Virus record (IMG/VR): IMGVR_UViG_2711768069_000006
Direction: 5' to 3' (one strand)
Source of the DNA: a virus
Taxonomy: Duplodnaviria > Heunggongvirae > Uroviricota > Caudoviricetes
DNA length: 7,070 bases
The notes beneath the pieces are model-generated. The model did not search any database. It was not told where the DNA came from and worked only from the letters and a program-made list of their open reading frames with translations. Below, one piece after another: positions 6,461-7,070 of this stretch (position 1 is the stretch's first letter; each line of letters starts with the position of its first letter). The position numbers were made by a program, and so were the translations under genes.

Positions 6461-7070
6461 GTGGTGTTGTCTCCTCTTCCGGCCTGCGACTCTCCGCTAT
6501 CTGCTGCTGATACGCCTGCGCTATCCACACCGGACGTGAGAGTCCGGCTTTTTCCCGCTCTGCAGATTCCCTGACCTGCTGGCGGAAAATGTCCTGATAA
6601 TCCTCGCCCATCAGCGCCAGCTCTTTCTCATACGTGCTCAGTCCGGCCTCAATGCGCATCACCGATTCCTGAACCTCCTTGAGCCCGTCAATGGCCATTC
6701 TTCCGGCACCAATCCACTCTGCCCGTGACCAGGCTGATCGCGCCTGATAAAAATCAAAACGCGCCCGTGGCGGACGGATAATCCCCCGAAGAAGTGCCTC
6801 TTCCAGCCAGCAGGAAAACATCTGCGTGGCCAGCCGGGCCGCAATAAATTTTCGCCGCCCCATAAAATAGCGCCACGACTCATTGGCAGAGGCCCTGGCA
6901 CTTGAATAACTGACCTTCGAGTAATCACGGGACAACTGTTCGTAGGAAACGCCAAGACCGGCGGCGATATACCGCAGCAGCGCCTGTTCAAGCGCCGAAA
7001 ATCCATTGTCTGAATCCTGCGCAGTCTGTAGTTTCAGATCATCCCCGGGGAAAAGGTGCGGAATTTTGAC
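6450..7070 (-). CDS. B: Portal protein B, C-terminal 206 codons (gene continues beyond the right edge)
   Basis: The frame is open from the window edge at 7070 down to the TAA at 6450..6452. My translation of 7070..6936 (VKIPHLFPGDDLKLQTAQDSDNGFSALEQALLRYIAAGLGVSYEQ) continues into the track ORF (...SRDYSKVSYSSARASANESWRYFMGRRKF...MAIDGLKEVQESVMRIEAGLSTYEKE...), matching the lambda gpB C-terminus. The track start at 6935 is a TTG artefact, not a real start. Confidence 0.93.
   Translation of the reverse strand, partial: VKIPHLFPGDDLKLQTAQDSDNGFSALEQALLRYIAAGLGVSYEQLSRDYSKVSYSSARASANESWRYFMGRRKFIAARLATQMFSCWLEEALLRGIIRPPRARFDFYQARSAWSRAEWIGAGRMAIDGLKEVQESVMRIEAGLSTYEKELALMGEDYQDIFRQQVRESAEREKAGLSRPVWIAQAYQQQIAESRRPEEETTPRET

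Noticed and set aside
6659-7006. 115-aa minus-strand ORF
   Set aside because: Alternative frame inside portal gene B, whose own frame is lambda-like and open to the window edge.

Overview
The window is a contiguous, gene-dense segment of a lambda-like (lambdoid siphovirus) late morphogenesis operon, entirely on the minus strand and in the same gene order as phage lambda: portal B (C-terminal part), head protease/scaffold C with nested Nu3, decoration protein D, major capsid E, FI, FII, Z, U, major tail V, tail chaperones G and G-T, and the start of tape-measure H. I found no defence system, toxin, moron or other accessory cargo: the intergenic gaps are too short to hold one, and every sizeable plus-strand ORF in the track is an antisense shadow. 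The points worth a second look are: (1) gene C is split across two reading frames near a C5 homopolymer, either a sequencing error or a real inactivating lesion; (2) the lambda G/GT slippery heptamer GGGAAAG is conserved in the correct frame; (3) a terminator-like hairpin with a U7 tract lies between E and FI; (4) a 22-bp perfect palindrome lies between D and E; (5) the scaffold region carries three tandem diverged repeats and a nested start with a strong Shine-Dalgarno; (6) FI is the one divergent module. All homology statements rest on my recollection of lambda protein sequences, not on a database search, and should be confirmed by alignment.
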